A model generated the notes under the pieces. It saw only the letters and a program-made list of their open reading frames with translations, was not told where the DNA came from and made no database searches. From contig CAZSAY010000003.1 of the NCBI GenBank assembly GCA_964605225.1, positions 1,863-65,862 on the forward strand: 64,000 nt of DNA, written 5' to 3'. Position 1 is the stretch's first letter. Every line of letters starts with the position of its first letter. This DNA comes from an uncultured Thermodesulfobacteriota bacterium. Its GTDB lineage: Bacteria > Desulfobacterota > GWC2-55-46 > JADFVP01. A program made the position numbers and the translations under genes. Positions 63,005-64,000 of this stretch are shown in pieces.

Positions 63005-63334
63005 TTGAGTTTGCTTACAATAACACCGGTCGCGCTGGCATTTGCCGCGGACTCAGCAACAGGCGGAGCCAAGGGGATAATCAGTTTTGCCCCCATTATA
63101 GTGCTCTTCGCAATATTTTATTTTCTCATGATACGCCCTCAGCAAAAACGCGCCAAGGCCCATAAGGAGATGCTATCCAAGACGGCCAAGGGCGATTATG
63201 TAGTTACCACCGGCGGTCTGCACGGAAGGGTATCAGGCGTCTCCGAGGATATTATTACAGTGGAGATAGCCGATAACGTCAGGGTAAAGGTAGATAAAAA
63301 CGCTATCTCCAAGAGAAAAATCAAGGGAGAATAA
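63005..63334 (+). CDS. yajC: Preprotein translocase subunit YajC
   Basis: A single TM segment is followed by FYFLMIRPQQKRAKAHKEML and GDYVVTTGGLHGRV. It is located before secD. Confidence 0.85.
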   Translation: MSLLTITPVALAFAADSATGGAKGIISFAPIIVLFAIFYFLMIRPQQKRAKAHKEMLSKTAKGDYVVTTGGLHGRVSGVSEDIITVEIADNVRVKVDKNAISKRKIKGE

Positions 63335-63403
63335 CGAGGCTCACGCCGGCGGCCGCCCGTGGGGCGCGCCGTCCTTGAAGCCTTTAAGGACAGGTTTTCT
63401 TAT

Positions 63404-64000
63404 ATGAAGAGTATAAAGCTACGTCTTTTTTTGCTTGGCATTTTTTCGCTTGTGGCCATAGCCCTCTTTTTGCCCTCAACTCCGGTATCGCACCTCTTGC
63501 CGTCTTTTTGGGGCGATAAGATACCGAAGATAACCCTGGGGCTTGACCTGCAGGGGGGCATGCACCTTGTTCTTGACGTGGATAAGGATAAGGCCGTGGA
63601 GAGCTACACGCAGAGGCTTGTAAATTCCATAGAGGGAGTGCTTCGCACAAAGAACATCCCTTACAGGTATGTAAAACGCAAGGGCATCTCCGGTATGACC
63701 ATCGGCTTTTTTGACGAGAATACGCGCCGTCAGATCGGCGAGGTAGTAAAGGACGAGGCGCAGGTCTTTAATGAGACGGGTTTAAACGCCAATGAGCTCT
63801 CCTTTACCCTTGATGACGATGAGGCAAAGAGGATAAGTGACTGGGCCCATTCACAGGCCCTTGAGACCATCAGAAACAGAATAGACAAGTTCGGCGTCTC
63901 CGAGCCCCTTATTCACAAACAGGGCAAGAGTGAGATAGTTATTCAGCTCCCGGGGCTGAAGGACACAAAGCGCGCCATAGACCTTATAGGCAAGACGGCT
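63404..64000 (+). CDS. secD: Protein translocase subunit SecD, N-terminal part (runs off the right edge)
   Basis: My own translation from ATG 63404 gives MKSIKLRLFLLGIFSLVAIALFL...ITLGLDLQGGMHLVLDVD. The ending ...IVIQLPGLKDTKRAIDLIGKTA is typical of the SecD periplasmic domain. It is absent from the ORF track because no stop lies in the window. Confidence 0.85.
   Translation, partial: MKSIKLRLFLLGIFSLVAIALFLPSTPVSHLLPSFWGDKIPKITLGLDLQGGMHLVLDVDKDKAVESYTQRLVNSIEGVLRTKNIPYRYVKRKGISGMTIGFFDENTRRQIGEVVKDEAQVFNETGLNANELSFTLDDDEAKRISDWAHSQALETIRNRIDKFGVSEPLIHKQGKSEIVIQLPGLKDTKRAIDLIGKTA

Overview
Bacterial chromosomal window with diderm-type gene content. It looks moderately GC-rich by eye and is densely coding, almost entirely on the + strand. 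The right half is core housekeeping. It holds a complete dcw cluster (mraZ-rsmH-ftsL-ftsI-murE-murF-mraY-murD-ftsW-murG-murC-murB-ddl-ftsQ-ftsA-ftsZ, 33.8-51.9 kb) with a readable Pmra promoter and a triple GTGG-repeat operator. After it come two tandem B12-type radical SAM paralogues plus RNase G, two small class-I c-type cytochromes, a SpoIID-like protein, and queA-tgt-yajC-secD. RNA genes are tRNA-Cys(GCA, minus strand), a tRNA with CAU anticodon, and a type-A RNase P RNA. The left half looks accessory. It contains (i) an OMP / TagF-like glycerophosphotransferase / ABC exporter / membrane-tethered nucleotidyltransferase block (4.3-9.8 kb). (ii) A translationally coupled Rieske / glutaredoxin-like / FTR-catalytic-subunit-like / Rieske operon (9.9-11.3 kb). 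(iii) A YbdK / leaderless GGT / M20 hydrolase block (11.5-15.6 kb). (iv) The most unusual locus (16.3-25.6 kb): five multihaem cytochromes (7+4+11+4+6 = 32 CXXCH motifs) interleaved with two paralogous 2-TM HAMP-only membrane proteins, a PQQ-like beta-propeller and an NHL-repeat lipoprotein. This locus is split by a 17/51-bp tandem repeat array and has no recognisable porin, quinol dehydrogenase, catalytic subunit or regulator. Other unexplained structure: a dispersed ~60-bp intergenic repeat family with an A/T-rich hairpin (at least 4 copies, all in the same orientation), and a heavily structured ~280-nt region after ftsZ closed by a perfect 18-bp inverted repeat. No mobile elements, CRISPR arrays or rRNA were seen. 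All functional calls rest on motifs I read in the translations and on synteny. No database search was run.
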